Shown here piece by piece: positions 1 through 11,483 of a DNA stretch of 64,000 nt (positions are counted from its first letter, which is position 1; every line of letters starts with the position of its first letter). A program made the translations under genes and the position numbers. The notes beneath the pieces are model-generated. The model saw only the letters and a list, made by a program, of their open reading frames with translations. It made no database searches and had not been told where the DNA came from. Source of the stretch: Octopus bimaculoides (Eukaryota). Location: NCBI RefSeq assembly GCF_001194135.2, contig NC_068993.1, positions 46,035,316 to 46,099,315 of the forward strand, given 5' to 3'.

Positions 1-413
1 GAATAGATTTTAGAAGCTAAGGACTGTTTAACGGTTGAGAGTTACAGCAACGGCAACAGAAGTCATAATTTTTGGTTAACATGTTTCTACCATTGATGTA
101 AAACGTACTTGATCGAAAGCGTTAAACAATTTTATGCAGATACGTTTATTATTTTATTTTATTTCTTTCTTTAAGTCCTTCGACTGCGACCGGGTAGGGA
201 CTCAGCTATGGATGGTTGAGTGGAACGAATCGACTTCAGTTGTAATTCTTTTAATGTCTGGCATTTATTCTTATTGACACTTAAGTCGAATCGCTAAGTT
301 ACCCGGATGTGAACAAATTTACATCGGTCGTTAATTGATGCGAAGACTAACAGACACGTACAAAGACATATACATACATATGTACGTACGTACGTCTGTC
401 TATGTGCATGCCT

Positions 414-467
<54 letters not shown>

Positions 468-1231
468 NNNNNNNNNNNNNNNNNNNNNNNNNNNNNNNNN
501 NNNNNNNNNNNNNNNNNNNNNNNNNNNNNNNNNNNNNNNNNNNNNNNNNNNNNNNNNNNNNNNNNNNNNNNNNNNNNNNNNNNNNNNNNNNNNNNNNNNN
601 NNNNNNNNNNNNNNNNNNNNNNNNNNNNNNNNNNNNNNNNNNNNNNNNNNNNNNNNNNNNNNNNNNNNNNNNNNNNNNNNNNNNNNNNNNNNNNNNNNNN
701 NNNNNNNNNNNNNNNNNNNNNNNNNNNNNNNNNNNNNNNNNNNNNNNNNNNNNNNNNNNNNNNNNNNNNNNNNNNNNNNNNNNNNNNNNNNNNNNNNNNN
801 NNNNNNNNNNNNNNNNNNNNNNNNNNNNNNNNNNNNNNNNNNNNNNNNNNNNNNNNNNNNNNNNNNNNNNNNNNNNNNNNNNNNNNNNNNNNNNNNNNNN
901 NNNNNNNNNNNNNNNNNNNNNNNNNNNNNNNNNNNNNNNNNNNNNNNNNNNNNNNNNNNNNNNNNNNNNNNNNNNNNNNNNNNNNNNNNNNNNNNNNNNN
1001 NNNNNNNNNNNNNNNNNNNNNNNNNNNNNNNNNNNNNNNNNNNNNNNNNNNNNNNNNNNNNNNNNNNNNNNNNNNNNNNNNNNNNNNNNNNNNNNNNNNN
1101 NNNNNNNNNNNNNNNNNNNNNNNNNNNNNNNNNNNNNNNNNNNNNNNNNNNNNNNNNNNNNNNNNNNNNNNNNNNNNNNNNNNNNNNNNNNNNNNNNNNN
1201 NNNNNNNNNNNNNNNNNNNNNNNNNNNNNNN
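468..1231. other. Assembly gap (representative of 16 N-runs)
   Basis: N-run flanked by (TG)n and (TA)n. Other gaps at about 5079-5088, 5275-5838, 9668-9677, 10681-11382, 12452-12721, 13261-13270, 29843-30191, 33741-34219, 35257-35749, 36294-36589, 40036-40143, 46680-46689, 47285-47849, 53993-54032 and 55590-55903. Confidence 0.98.
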
Positions 1232-1659
1232 TATATATATATATATATATGTGTGTGTATGTATGTATGAAAAAAAATTCTACGCAGCTTCCACGTTCAA
1301 AACGCTTAAGAATGGGTCAGCAGTATGGGGCTCTAAAATTAGAAACTTGCCCAAGGTACTGCGCAGTGAGATTCAACATGAAACTGCTTGCAAAATGAAC
1401 TTGATGTGCCAATGAATGCATGTGGTTTTGTAAATTATTTGGAATCTGCATCACTGAGTAACAAAACTCATCTCTACAATTTCGATGACAAAACAGAACA
1501 ATTGCAAGTGCTATGAGAGAAAATATTCGTATATTTATGCGCATGTGTAGGCGTATATGCATTTTGTATACATTTGACGCGAATGTGTTAGCGTGTGCAT
1601 ATACATATGTATATTTGTACAAAAATACAGAGTACTTTGGTGATTTGTTCGTTCCCTAA

Positions 1660-1857
1660 GGCGGTGAGTTGGTAGAATCGTTAGCAGGTCGAAGAAGGTG
1701 TTTAGCAGCATTTCTTTCATGCATTTATGTTCTGAGATCGACTTTGACCTTCATACTCTCGGCTTAGATAAAATAAGCACTAGTTGAGCCCAAGGAAGGG
1801 TCTTAACTACTACCCCTGCGATTAAATTTGCTGGACTTCTGCTTAAAATTTGAAACC
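1660..1857 (+). mobile_element. tRNA-derived SINE, family S1 (degenerate)
   Basis: GGCGGTGAGTTGGTAGAATCGTTAGCA head, GACTTTGACCTTCAT body and AAAATTTGAAACC end; homologous to 46965-47205. Confidence 0.75.
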
Positions 1858-2585
1858 GTTTCTAAAGAGCTCCCTATGAGCTCTCACTGTGTAACTATTT
1901 AATGAAAGGCATTCCTCTCATGATCATCCTGTATTTCTTCAATGTGTAGGGTACCTAAAAGTACATTATTCGATTTGTCGTTCATTATTCGATTTGTCCA
2001 ACCCTATGTGCATAATCCTTTAACCTAATCCTTTAACGTAATCCTTTAATACATTGTAGCAATGATCATTTCCTACTGTTTTAAGGTATGCTATATTTAA
2101 GACTACATTATTCAATGTCTTTTCTTTAATGAGAGAACCGAGTACGATCTGACTGGTCGTTAGGCTGCTACTCTTTAAGGAGTCTACATTGATCCGACTA
2201 TTACATGGTTAAATTGATATGAAAATCTGTGCAACGAAATAAAATGAATGAATCATGAATTTGAAATAAAACAGGAGCTAACGAACGTAATTTTAATGCA
2301 ATACATTTAGAAGCGGAGCTTACAAATCTGATGTTGATAGAACTGTAATGTAATGATATAATAACTGTGTGGGCAGCAGAAGGCTGGTTAATTACCTGTT
2401 AAGGAAGCAGAATGTGTCTAGATAATAAAATATTATAGTGAGATCAGATCGAAAGAGGTTGGGATGCGTTTGGAAGGGTAGAGTTGGAATGGCGGAATAC
2501 CGGTGAAATGTACTATAATGTCCTATAGTGTCCGATGCGTCAAAGAAAAAAGACATGTTGAAATTAAAGTAATAGTATAAGTTGT

Positions 2586-2600
2586 ATCAGTAGCAGCAGC

Positions 2601-2654
<54 letters not shown>

Positions 2655-2660
2655 GGCGGT
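2586..2660 (+). repeat. (GTA)n microsatellite grading into (GCA)/(GTG) variants
   Basis: Direct sequence. Confidence 0.95.
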
Positions 2661-2797
2661 GATAGTTGTGATGGTGTGGCTGGTAGTGTTGTTGACAGTG
2701 GAGAATGTGATTATTCATGCCTTAACTATCTTTCCCCGACCTATATACATGTACACATATACACACTTACACATGTACATAATATACATGTATGTGC

Positions 2798-2879
<82 letters not shown>

Positions 2880-3963
2880 ATTTCTATACAAGTATGTATG
2901 CAAATGTGTATCAATGTATGTATATATATAAAAAAAAAGAAAGGGAGGTATAAAAAAGACAAAGAGAAAGTGGAGCGAAGGGCACTATGCATTAGACTTC
3001 TCGCTCCGGGTCACACTTACAGTTTCTTTTGATCAACTCTAATTTTGGAGAAACTTTTAAAATAGTGGTTATAAATTGACAGATTTTACTTTAAGACAAT
3101 TACAATATCTTTCTTTATCTATCGTCTGTCGTCATGCATTCTTACTCTCTCTCTCTATCTCTCTCTTTTGTCTCTCTACAATCCATTTACCCCCACACGC
3201 TGTTCCTGCGTCTTTCTTATCTGTACTGTTAATCTCTAGTGTCTTTCAATCATTTTTTTGTTGTTGTTGTTGATATATTTGCTCACTTGTACTGAGAAGA
3301 ATACAACGCGTATATAATGTGTCTCCCTGTCTCTCTCCCACTTTCTCTGTCGTTACTACTACTACTACTACTACTACTACTCCTCCTCCTCTCAGACTTT
3401 CCCTTTTCTTGTTTTTTTTAAATTCTTCCGTGCTCTTACCTTCTCCCACTCTACCTCTTTTCAATTCTCATTCACATTGTCTGTATCTGTCTTCCACTCA
3501 GATAAATCTATCGGAATTGTATCTACCCTCTTTGCTCTCGTGATCACTAGAATACACACATACACATACAGGCACACACACACACACACACATACACACA
3601 CACACACACACACACATACACACACACACGTTCTCCCACCTCTTCTTTCCATTTCCATGATTTGTTCCCTTCCAGTACCAATCCTTTTAAATAATTTTCC
3701 TCCTTTCTTTTCATTTACTTTGAGGTTTCTCTGACACCGTTCGTCCATCTCACACAAACCACTAAGAATTAAAAGCAATGGGACGAAATATCTCGCCTTA
3801 TTTACAATTGCCTTACATTCTACATTCAAACTCATCAACGCCAACTTTACCTTTTGTTTCTTATGAGGTCATGAATTATTTATCGGCTCAGGTCGATGGT
3901 TCGGTGGAAATGTTAGTGCATGAACCAGGACAAGTGGATACGTTACTTTCTAAGTTCGAATCC

Positions 3964-4635
3964 GGATCTATTTTAAAACGGGGGCGCCAGTATTTTCTTA
4001 ACGAAACACTAACGAAACACTTTGAAACTTGGGACACTGGTAGAATGTGTCATATAAAACATCTTTTACTCTTAGTCTTCTTAACAAAAAAAGGAATTCG
4101 CAAGTTATTCCATGTTAAAGTTATCGTATTTCTGTAATTTCAACCAGTCACTGACGTCTATTCAGCTCAATAGAGTTACTGCTAGGCGGTCATAAAAATG
4201 TTATTCCCTGTGACATATTTCATCCGGTTTAATCGTAATTTATACACATATATTGTTTATATAATAAATTACGCTGTTCGTATCTATATGTGTAACAATT
4301 TTAGAGTTCGGATTCTAGAGTTAGGGTTAGTTTTAGGGTTAGGGTTAGGGTTACGGTTACGGTTAACAGTCTAGTTAGGGTTAGGGTTAGGGTTAGGGGA
4401 TTAATACGATATACACCGTTACAGCGCTAACTGTTTTCAACCGAATAGACGTCAGTGATTAGTAGAAATTATCGAAATAAGACAATTTTTTACATGAAAT
4501 AAATTCGAATACAAAAATATTTTTCTGTTCTATAACACAAAATAGATAAGTATACGAAGTTTGAAAGTCTTTCCGTACCAAAAACACTACATAAAACATA
4601 AATGAAAACTGGCGCCCCCGTTTTAAAATAGATCC
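3964..4635. mobile_element. Fold-back MITE with GG-starting 27-bp TIRs, 8-bp TSD and (TTAGGG)n core (Merlin-like by end structure)
   Basis: GGATCTATTTTAAAACGGGGGCGCCAG (3964-3990) is the exact reverse complement of 4609-4635. TCGAATCC is duplicated at 3956-3963 and 4636-4643. The inner arms 4127-4163 and 4443-4479 are also inverted. Confidence 0.85.
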
Positions 4636-4689
4636 TCGAATCCAACCATGACATACTTGGGTCGTTACAGTTAATCCGACATCTGTTTT

Positions 4690-5010
4690 AACCACTAAAA
4701 CGCCTTTATCAGTTATTGGCTGTCTTTCTAGTCTCGTATTTCGACCATTTAACAACAATATATACTTTCGATAAAACAGTTGCTCCCGCAAAGCAAATTA
4801 AATAAAATTTCGGATGTTGTGGAGGTTCAATATTGGTAATACAAATTGGACAGTGAAAACTAACAGGAAGGGATGCTAAGCCGAAACGATGTTGTGTATA
4901 GCAAACTAAGACACGAGACAAATACGAACACGTATTCCTTGTTCCAGCTACAACGGAGAGAGAGAAAGAAAAATGGACGATGATCACGTGGGAGCTACGT
5001 GAGCAACGGA
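4690..5010 (-). repeat. Unclassified dispersed repeat (family D)
   Basis: Reverse complement aligns by eye with about 39440-39840 (shared ...CGAAAT..GA....AGACAGCC.A.AACTGAT.AAGG and GATCACGTG/CACGTGACCATC blocks). Confidence 0.55.
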
Positions 5011-5018
5011 GGAGGAGG

Positions 5019-5078
<60 letters not shown>

Positions 5079-5227
5079 NNNNNNNNNNGATAGAGACAGA
5101 GTAATAGGATAGAATAGTGGGAGAAAAGGAGGTAAAAGAATAAGAGAGAGAAAAAGTGAGAAAAGCGAAAAACTAAAAAGATTGTATAGAGTGCGCATCA
5201 GAATTATTAAGATAAAACGTACCTGTG

Positions 5228-5274
<47 letters not shown>

Positions 5275-5870
5275 NNNNNNNNNNNNNNNNNNNNNNNNNN
5301 NNNNNNNNNNNNNNNNNNNNNNNNNNNNNNNNNNNNNNNNNNNNNNNNNNNNNNNNNNNNNNNNNNNNNNNNNNNNNNNNNNNNNNNNNNNNNNNNNNNN
5401 NNNNNNNNNNNNNNNNNNNNNNNNNNNNNNNNNNNNNNNNNNNNNNNNNNNNNNNNNNNNNNNNNNNNNNNNNNNNNNNNNNNNNNNNNNNNNNNNNNNN
5501 NNNNNNNNNNNNNNNNNNNNNNNNNNNNNNNNNNNNNNNNNNNNNNNNNNNNNNNNNNNNNNNNNNNNNNNNNNNNNNNNNNNNNNNNNNNNNNNNNNNN
5601 NNNNNNNNNNNNNNNNNNNNNNNNNNNNNNNNNNNNNNNNNNNNNNNNNNNNNNNNNNNNNNNNNNNNNNNNNNNNNNNNNNNNNNNNNNNNNNNNNNNN
5701 NNNNNNNNNNNNNNNNNNNNNNNNNNNNNNNNNNNNNNNNNNNNNNNNNNNNNNNNNNNNNNNNNNNNNNNNNNNNNNNNNNNNNNNNNNNNNNNNNNNN
5801 NNNNNNNNNNNNNNNNNNNNNNNNNNNNNNNNNNNNNNATATAAGTCTGTGTGTTTGTATATATATGTAG

Positions 5871-5901
<31 letters not shown>

Positions 5902-6744
5902 TACATACATTATATAGATACATAAATACATACATACATTCATGCATGCATACATACAAATGTGCATATATATATACATACATACATACATACATACATA
6001 CACCCTGAAGAGTGCTGATTTTGGAATTTTCGCGTCCGCTAATTTATACACAACTTGATATATGCATCTATATGCATCTCAGTAATAGATTTAACTAGCA
6101 ATGTAGGGGAATCTTCTGATACCGAGCAGTTCCATTAGTATTGCCATCATCTACATGGCTTTACGAGGCAAATCTATCCTCCTTGGTGCTTTAAATGTCA
6201 TCAAATTGCAAATACATCATTTCGTTATTTTCGGCAAGGTAATTGTGTCCAAGACAGTGAACATCATAATTAATATAATGAAAGCTACCAAAGTTTATTC
6301 AATTTGAATGTAATGTGAAATCACAGATTAATGTTATTGCAGAGGGAGCGAGAGCATGCGAGAGAGAGAGAGGGGAGTTTGAATACAGAAATACAATACA
6401 CTAACACACCGAATACATTGATATATTTTATATGCAATACCTGAGAATGTAGCTTCAAAACGTTAGAAAGTGTAGGGAACATCTATGTAGTTGGTCCATG
6501 AGCTTAAAATAGCAATCAAATCTTTCTCATTTTATTTTTTTACGCACTTAATTCATATAGCGAACATATTTTGTAGTGTAGATAAAGATATACAAAAAAA
6601 TCTTTGATGACCACGATTGAACGTATTTCATCATCAGTTTATTTTGTCAGAGATAACTAGAAATATCGCAATAGATTCATTACAAGAACAACAGTATTAG
6701 CAATAATATGTAATAAAAAGCATGGCAAAACAACAATAACGAAA

Positions 6745-6781
6745 CTCATCATCGTCATCATCATCATCACCATCATCATCC

Positions 6782-6824
<43 letters not shown>

Positions 6825-6838
6825 TATTATTATTATTG
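6745..6838 (+). repeat. (ATC)n then (ATT)n microsatellite
   Basis: Direct sequence. Confidence 0.95.
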
Positions 6839-7051
6839 ATGCGGTAACATGGATGTCAGAATTAATAACTCGTCGGACAAAATGGCTGGTGGCATACATG
6901 CAGTGTTGAAATTCCACTTAGGTGACTTTGCGACTCATTCATATGGTGTCGAAGAAATAACGAGTGGGGACGATGAAATCCACTTCCCCTCCCCGCATAC
7001 TTGAGGCTTTGTGTCAATAATAGGTTGAATGATTATTATAAGTTTTTCTAA

Positions 7052-7250
7052 GGCGTTATGCTAGCAGAATCTTTCGCACACCGGAAAAAATGCTTGCGAC
7101 ATTTCGCCCACCATTGGAGTTCTGAGTTTAAATGCTGCCCAGGTCGACATTACTCTTCATTTTTTTTCGGTGTCGTTAAAATAAGTATAAGCTGAAGACT
7201 GGGTCGATTTTCAGTTTCAGCTTCATACCATTTTTCTGTGAATTTGAATC
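7052..7250 (+). mobile_element. tRNA-derived SINE S1 (degenerate)
   Basis: GGCG...AGCAGAATC head, GAGTTTAAAT B-box-like motif, GTCGACATTACTCTTCAT body; followed by (TTA)n. Confidence 0.75.
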
Positions 7251-7296
7251 TCCGTACTATTATTATTATTATCGTTATTATTATTATTATTATTAT

Positions 7297-7700
7297 TCAG
7301 TAGTCTTATTTTTATCACGTGCTTTCACTGCACTACCGAGCGAGGCTCTGTGTTACTTGGATATGTGCTGTGTTTTGTAGCGATGCTGTTATTGTTACTG
7401 TATTGAAATTGTTTTACGTAGGATGTGTGCGGTACCTTGTAGTGCTATTTTCTGAATGTTATATGTACTTGTCTGTCCTGGTGCTTTTGTTATGTATTTG
7501 TCCGAATATTTTTTTTTATCATACATAACGTGCCTACTATGATAAGCATTGTTTCTGTTGTTAGACTCCGCATTCGTATTTCTAGGTCTTTGTATTTTGA
7601 TAGTTTATCCATATCTTTTAGAGGAACGTTGTCATCTATTGGTATTGATACATCGATTAGAAAGCATGATTTTCCTTGATGATCTCTGACAGCCCGATGA
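7297..7700 (-). mobile_element. 5'-truncated R4/Dong-type non-LTR retrotransposon, REL endonuclease C-terminus plus 3' UTR (family B)
   Basis: Minus strand reads VRDHQGKSCFLIDVSIPIDDNVPLKDMDKLSKYKDLEIRM...IIVGTLCMIKK/YSDKYITKAPGQTSTYNIQKIALQGTAHILRKTISIQ* (stop 7397-7395, one frameshift). The 3' end abuts (TAA)n. Confidence 0.85.
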
Positions 7701-7839
7701 ATACTTGCTAACGACCGTGCAGCCTGCGCTCATGATATTTTCGCGCTAACATACTGCGTCCAGTTAAGAGAGACGGTTCATGCTTTCGAATCCTTTTCTA
7801 CATACTCTTCGTTTGCTTTCTGACAGAGGTTTATTATTA

Positions 7840-7898
<59 letters not shown>

Positions 7899-8451
7899 GA
7901 GTGAGAGAGCAGCGCATGCCATCAAAGTGACACTGGGGTACAATTATACGATGCCCAATACACCCATCATTATTACCCGTCTGATAAAGGTACACCAGGC
8001 ACATGCATCACAATCACATGTGCGCAACATGGTAATCTTATATCAAGATAAATAGCTCACGACCTTGTAGGTGCGACCCAGCTAGAATTTGTTGAGTTTG
8101 AGCAGCCTATCCTGCTCAAAAGGTCCATAAATAAGGTTTCTTTAAGGATAATGAACAAAACACCCATGTTTCCAGAGGTGAATTATTCAAACGCCAAAGA
8201 ATTTCTCTCAACACATGGCTATGATGCTCCCCCACTATTTCTGCTCGTGATCGGAGATGCACATAACATCATCCATGAGGGACATGCTCAACTAGTTAAG
8301 GTCAAGCAATTGACAAGCAAATCTGTGGCGTTGAGCAGAATATTTGCTGTAGCCCATCTTTTATACCAAGACAAAACAATGTACGTGATAACATTTCCAC
8401 TCAGTTAAGATCACACGCCATGAGAGCCACTGTTTAATATTGCATCAGGGC

Positions 8452-8453
<2 letters not shown>
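7899..8453 (-). mobile_element. 555-bp non-coding retroposon-like element (family A), longest copy
   Basis: Bounded by (TTA)n on both sides. Partial homologues at 8980-9240, 24597-24718, 39174-39411 and 45116-45361. Orientation is inferred from tail polarity. Confidence 0.75.
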
Positions 8454-8490
<37 letters not shown>

Positions 8491-8687
8491 GGCGACAAGG
8501 TGGTAGAATCGTTAGTGCGCCGGGTGAAATGCTTAGCGGTATTTCGCCCGTCGCTACGTACTGAGTTCAAATTCTTTACCTGTCATCCTTTCGGAGTCGA
8601 TAAAATAAGTACCAGATGAACACTGGGGTCGGTGTAATCAACTCATCCCTTCCCCCCAAATCAGTGCCCTTGTGGCAAAATTTGAAC

Positions 8688-8688
<1 letters not shown>
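8491..8688 (+). mobile_element. tRNA-derived SINE S1
   Basis: A-box-like TGGTAGAATCG and B-box-like GAGTTCAAATTC; embedded in (TTA)n. Confidence 0.85.
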
Positions 8689-8756
<68 letters not shown>

Positions 8757-8956
8757 GGCGGCGAGCTGGTAGAATCGTTAGCACGCAGGACGAAATGCTT
8801 AGCGATATTTCTCCCGTCACTCCGTTCAGAGTTCGAATTCTCTCGAAGTAGACTTTACCTTTCATTCTTTCGGAGCTGATAGAATAAGTACACTAGGGTC
8901 GATGTAATCTACTCATCTCCTACCCCAAATTGCTGCCCTTGTGGCAAAATGTGAAA
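8757..8956 (+). mobile_element. tRNA-derived SINE S1
   Basis: GGCGGCGAGCTGGTAGAATCG head and GAGTTCGAATTC B-box; embedded in (TTA)n. Confidence 0.85.
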
Positions 8957-8979
8957 TTATTATTATCATTATTATGATT

Positions 8980-9240
8980 GAATGAGAGAGCAGTGCATGC
9001 CATCAAAGTGACACTGGGATAAAATATACGAAGCCCAGTATACCCATCATGACTATTAGTCTTATAAGGGTACACCAGGCATATGCATCATAACCATATG
9101 TACGTAATATAGTGATCTCAAGTCGAGATTAATAGCACATGACCTTGCAGGTGGGGCCCAGTTAGAATTTTTTTCATGTCGAGTAGCCCATCCCGCTCAA
9201 ATGGTTTTTGAATAAGAATTGTTTTACGGATGTTGAACGG
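8980..9240 (-). mobile_element. Family A element, truncated copy
   Basis: Homologous to 7899-8160. Confidence 0.8.
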
Positions 9241-9626
9241 TCCCAGTCAAGAACAATAGTTGATTTTTTTCAACTATTCGCTGCTCCACAAATTTATGGA
9301 TTTTTTTGCTGAAAAAAGATCATAAATAGTGTTGAATTTTCTTTTAGTATCCCTTTGGTAAAAGATTAAGTGCTAGTGATATAGTTCAGTCAATTTAATT
9401 AACAATGTCCATGAACTACTAATAAATTGGCGGAATCGTTAACACGCTGGACAAATGCGTAGCGGCATTTCGTCTGTCTTTACGATCTTAGTGCAAATGC
9501 CGCCGATCGATTGATAATATTGAACCATGAACGCACGCAAACAAATACCTGAAACAACTGTAAGCCTATAATGAATAAATGAATGTATATAATCCATTAT
9601 TTCTGTTTATTTTAAATTATATATGT

Positions 9627-9658
<32 letters not shown>

Positions 9659-9677
9659 ACACACACANNNNNNNNNN

Positions 9678-9921
9678 GGTCCACCGAATGAAAAACGTCC
9701 TTAAAGGAAAACGTTTTGCCGATGAGGAAGAGGTGAAGATAAAAAAAAGACGACAGAGGTGTTAAAAAGCATCACATCGCAAGAATTCAATTACTGTTTC
9801 GAACAATATTAACGTGCCTGGACCGATGTATTGTTTCGTTGAAGGCGATAAAAGTGTAAACATGTAAAAAGTAATGAATAAAATAATACGGCAAAATTTC
9901 CGTTTCTTTTGGGTACTCCCG
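9678..9921 (+). mobile_element. mariner transposon 3' fragment
   Basis: MKNVLKGKRFADEEEVKIKK/TTEVLKSITSQEFNYCFEQ...DRCIVS..EGDK matches the mariner transposase C-terminus, with frameshifts. It ends in a TIR-like ...GGGTACTCCCG followed by TA. Confidence 0.8.
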
Positions 9922-10560
9922 TACGCATGTATATAAATTTTAATGTATTCACTAAATGTCTATGGATTGATGGATGTCACTTCCCACATTATACTAGACT
10001 CTCTCTGTTTCTTTATCTCTCTTCTAAGCACAAACATATAACCATAAAAATACTCCACATAAGTGTCGAGTGTGTGCGTTTGTGTAAAATATAGATAAAT
10101 TTAATTTCCCTTTCATTTCACCTATATTTACATGGCCATGTACCCCACAAGACGCAAGAAAATATATGGAATTATGAGAAGGTGAGAGAAAGAGAGAGAG
10201 AGAGAGTGAAAGAGAGAGATTGAGAGAAAAACAAAGAGAGATTGAGATAGAAAGAAAGAGATTACTGCAAATAAAGATATTACATACATAAGTTGAGAGT
10301 AAATTACATGCATTTTGTACTGCCATATAGACTACAATCAATAATGCATATTCTGCGATCGGCAAAATATTTAGAACGCAATTAGATTAGATATCCGGTT
10401 ACGCGTCAGATATAAGATAGTCATGAGAGTGTATTTGGGCATGTGCGTGTGAGTGTATGTATATATTTGTATCTATATTATATATACAAATCTTTCTATC
10501 TATCTATCTCACTATCTATACATATATGCATACACACACACACAAACACGCACACACGCA

Positions 10561-10596
<36 letters not shown>

Positions 10597-11483
10597 CGCA
10601 CACACGCACGCACACATATATACATGTATACACACATACACATACATGCTAGATAGTGTGTGTGTGTGTATACATATATANNNNNNNNNNNNNNNNNNNN
10701 NNNNNNNNNNNNNNNNNNNNNNNNNNNNNNNNNNNNNNNNNNNNNNNNNNNNNNNNNNNNNNNNNNNNNNNNNNNNNNNNNNNNNNNNNNNNNNNNNNNN
10801 NNNNNNNNNNNNNNNNNNNNNNNNNNNNNNNNNNNNNNNNNNNNNNNNNNNNNNNNNNNNNNNNNNNNNNNNNNNNNNNNNNNNNNNNNNNNNNNNNNNN
10901 NNNNNNNNNNNNNNNNNNNNNNNNNNNNNNNNNNNNNNNNNNNNNNNNNNNNNNNNNNNNNNNNNNNNNNNNNNNNNNNNNNNNNNNNNNNNNNNNNNNN
11001 NNNNNNNNNNNNNNNNNNNNNNNNNNNNNNNNNNNNNNNNNNNNNNNNNNNNNNNNNNNNNNNNNNNNNNNNNNNNNNNNNNNNNNNNNNNNNNNNNNNN
11101 NNNNNNNNNNNNNNNNNNNNNNNNNNNNNNNNNNNNNNNNNNNNNNNNNNNNNNNNNNNNNNNNNNNNNNNNNNNNNNNNNNNNNNNNNNNNNNNNNNNN
11201 NNNNNNNNNNNNNNNNNNNNNNNNNNNNNNNNNNNNNNNNNNNNNNNNNNNNNNNNNNNNNNNNNNNNNNNNNNNNNNNNNNNNNNNNNNNNNNNNNNNN
11301 NNNNNNNNNNNNNNNNNNNNNNNNNNNNNNNNNNNNNNNNNNNNNNNNNNNNNNNNNNNNNNNNNNNNNNNNNNNNNNNNNNTATATATATAGGAGAGAA
11401 TATACAAATAATAACAACAGACGAGGACAGGTGGTGTAAATAACAAAAGTATATATTAGTATGACGCTCGGGAATACGGAAAG

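Noticed and set aside
335-1415. Long ORFs in the supplied track here and at 4995-6051, 10457-11446, 29692-30264, 33592-34405, 35090-35972 and 55351-56099
   Set aside because: They are open only because they run through N-gaps and dinucleotide repeats ([12 protein letters not shown]).
6003-6050. CTGAAGAGTGCTGA...TCGCGTC as a hammerhead remnant
   Set aside because: It lacks GAAA and the 3' strand of helix II, so it would need an assumed deletion.
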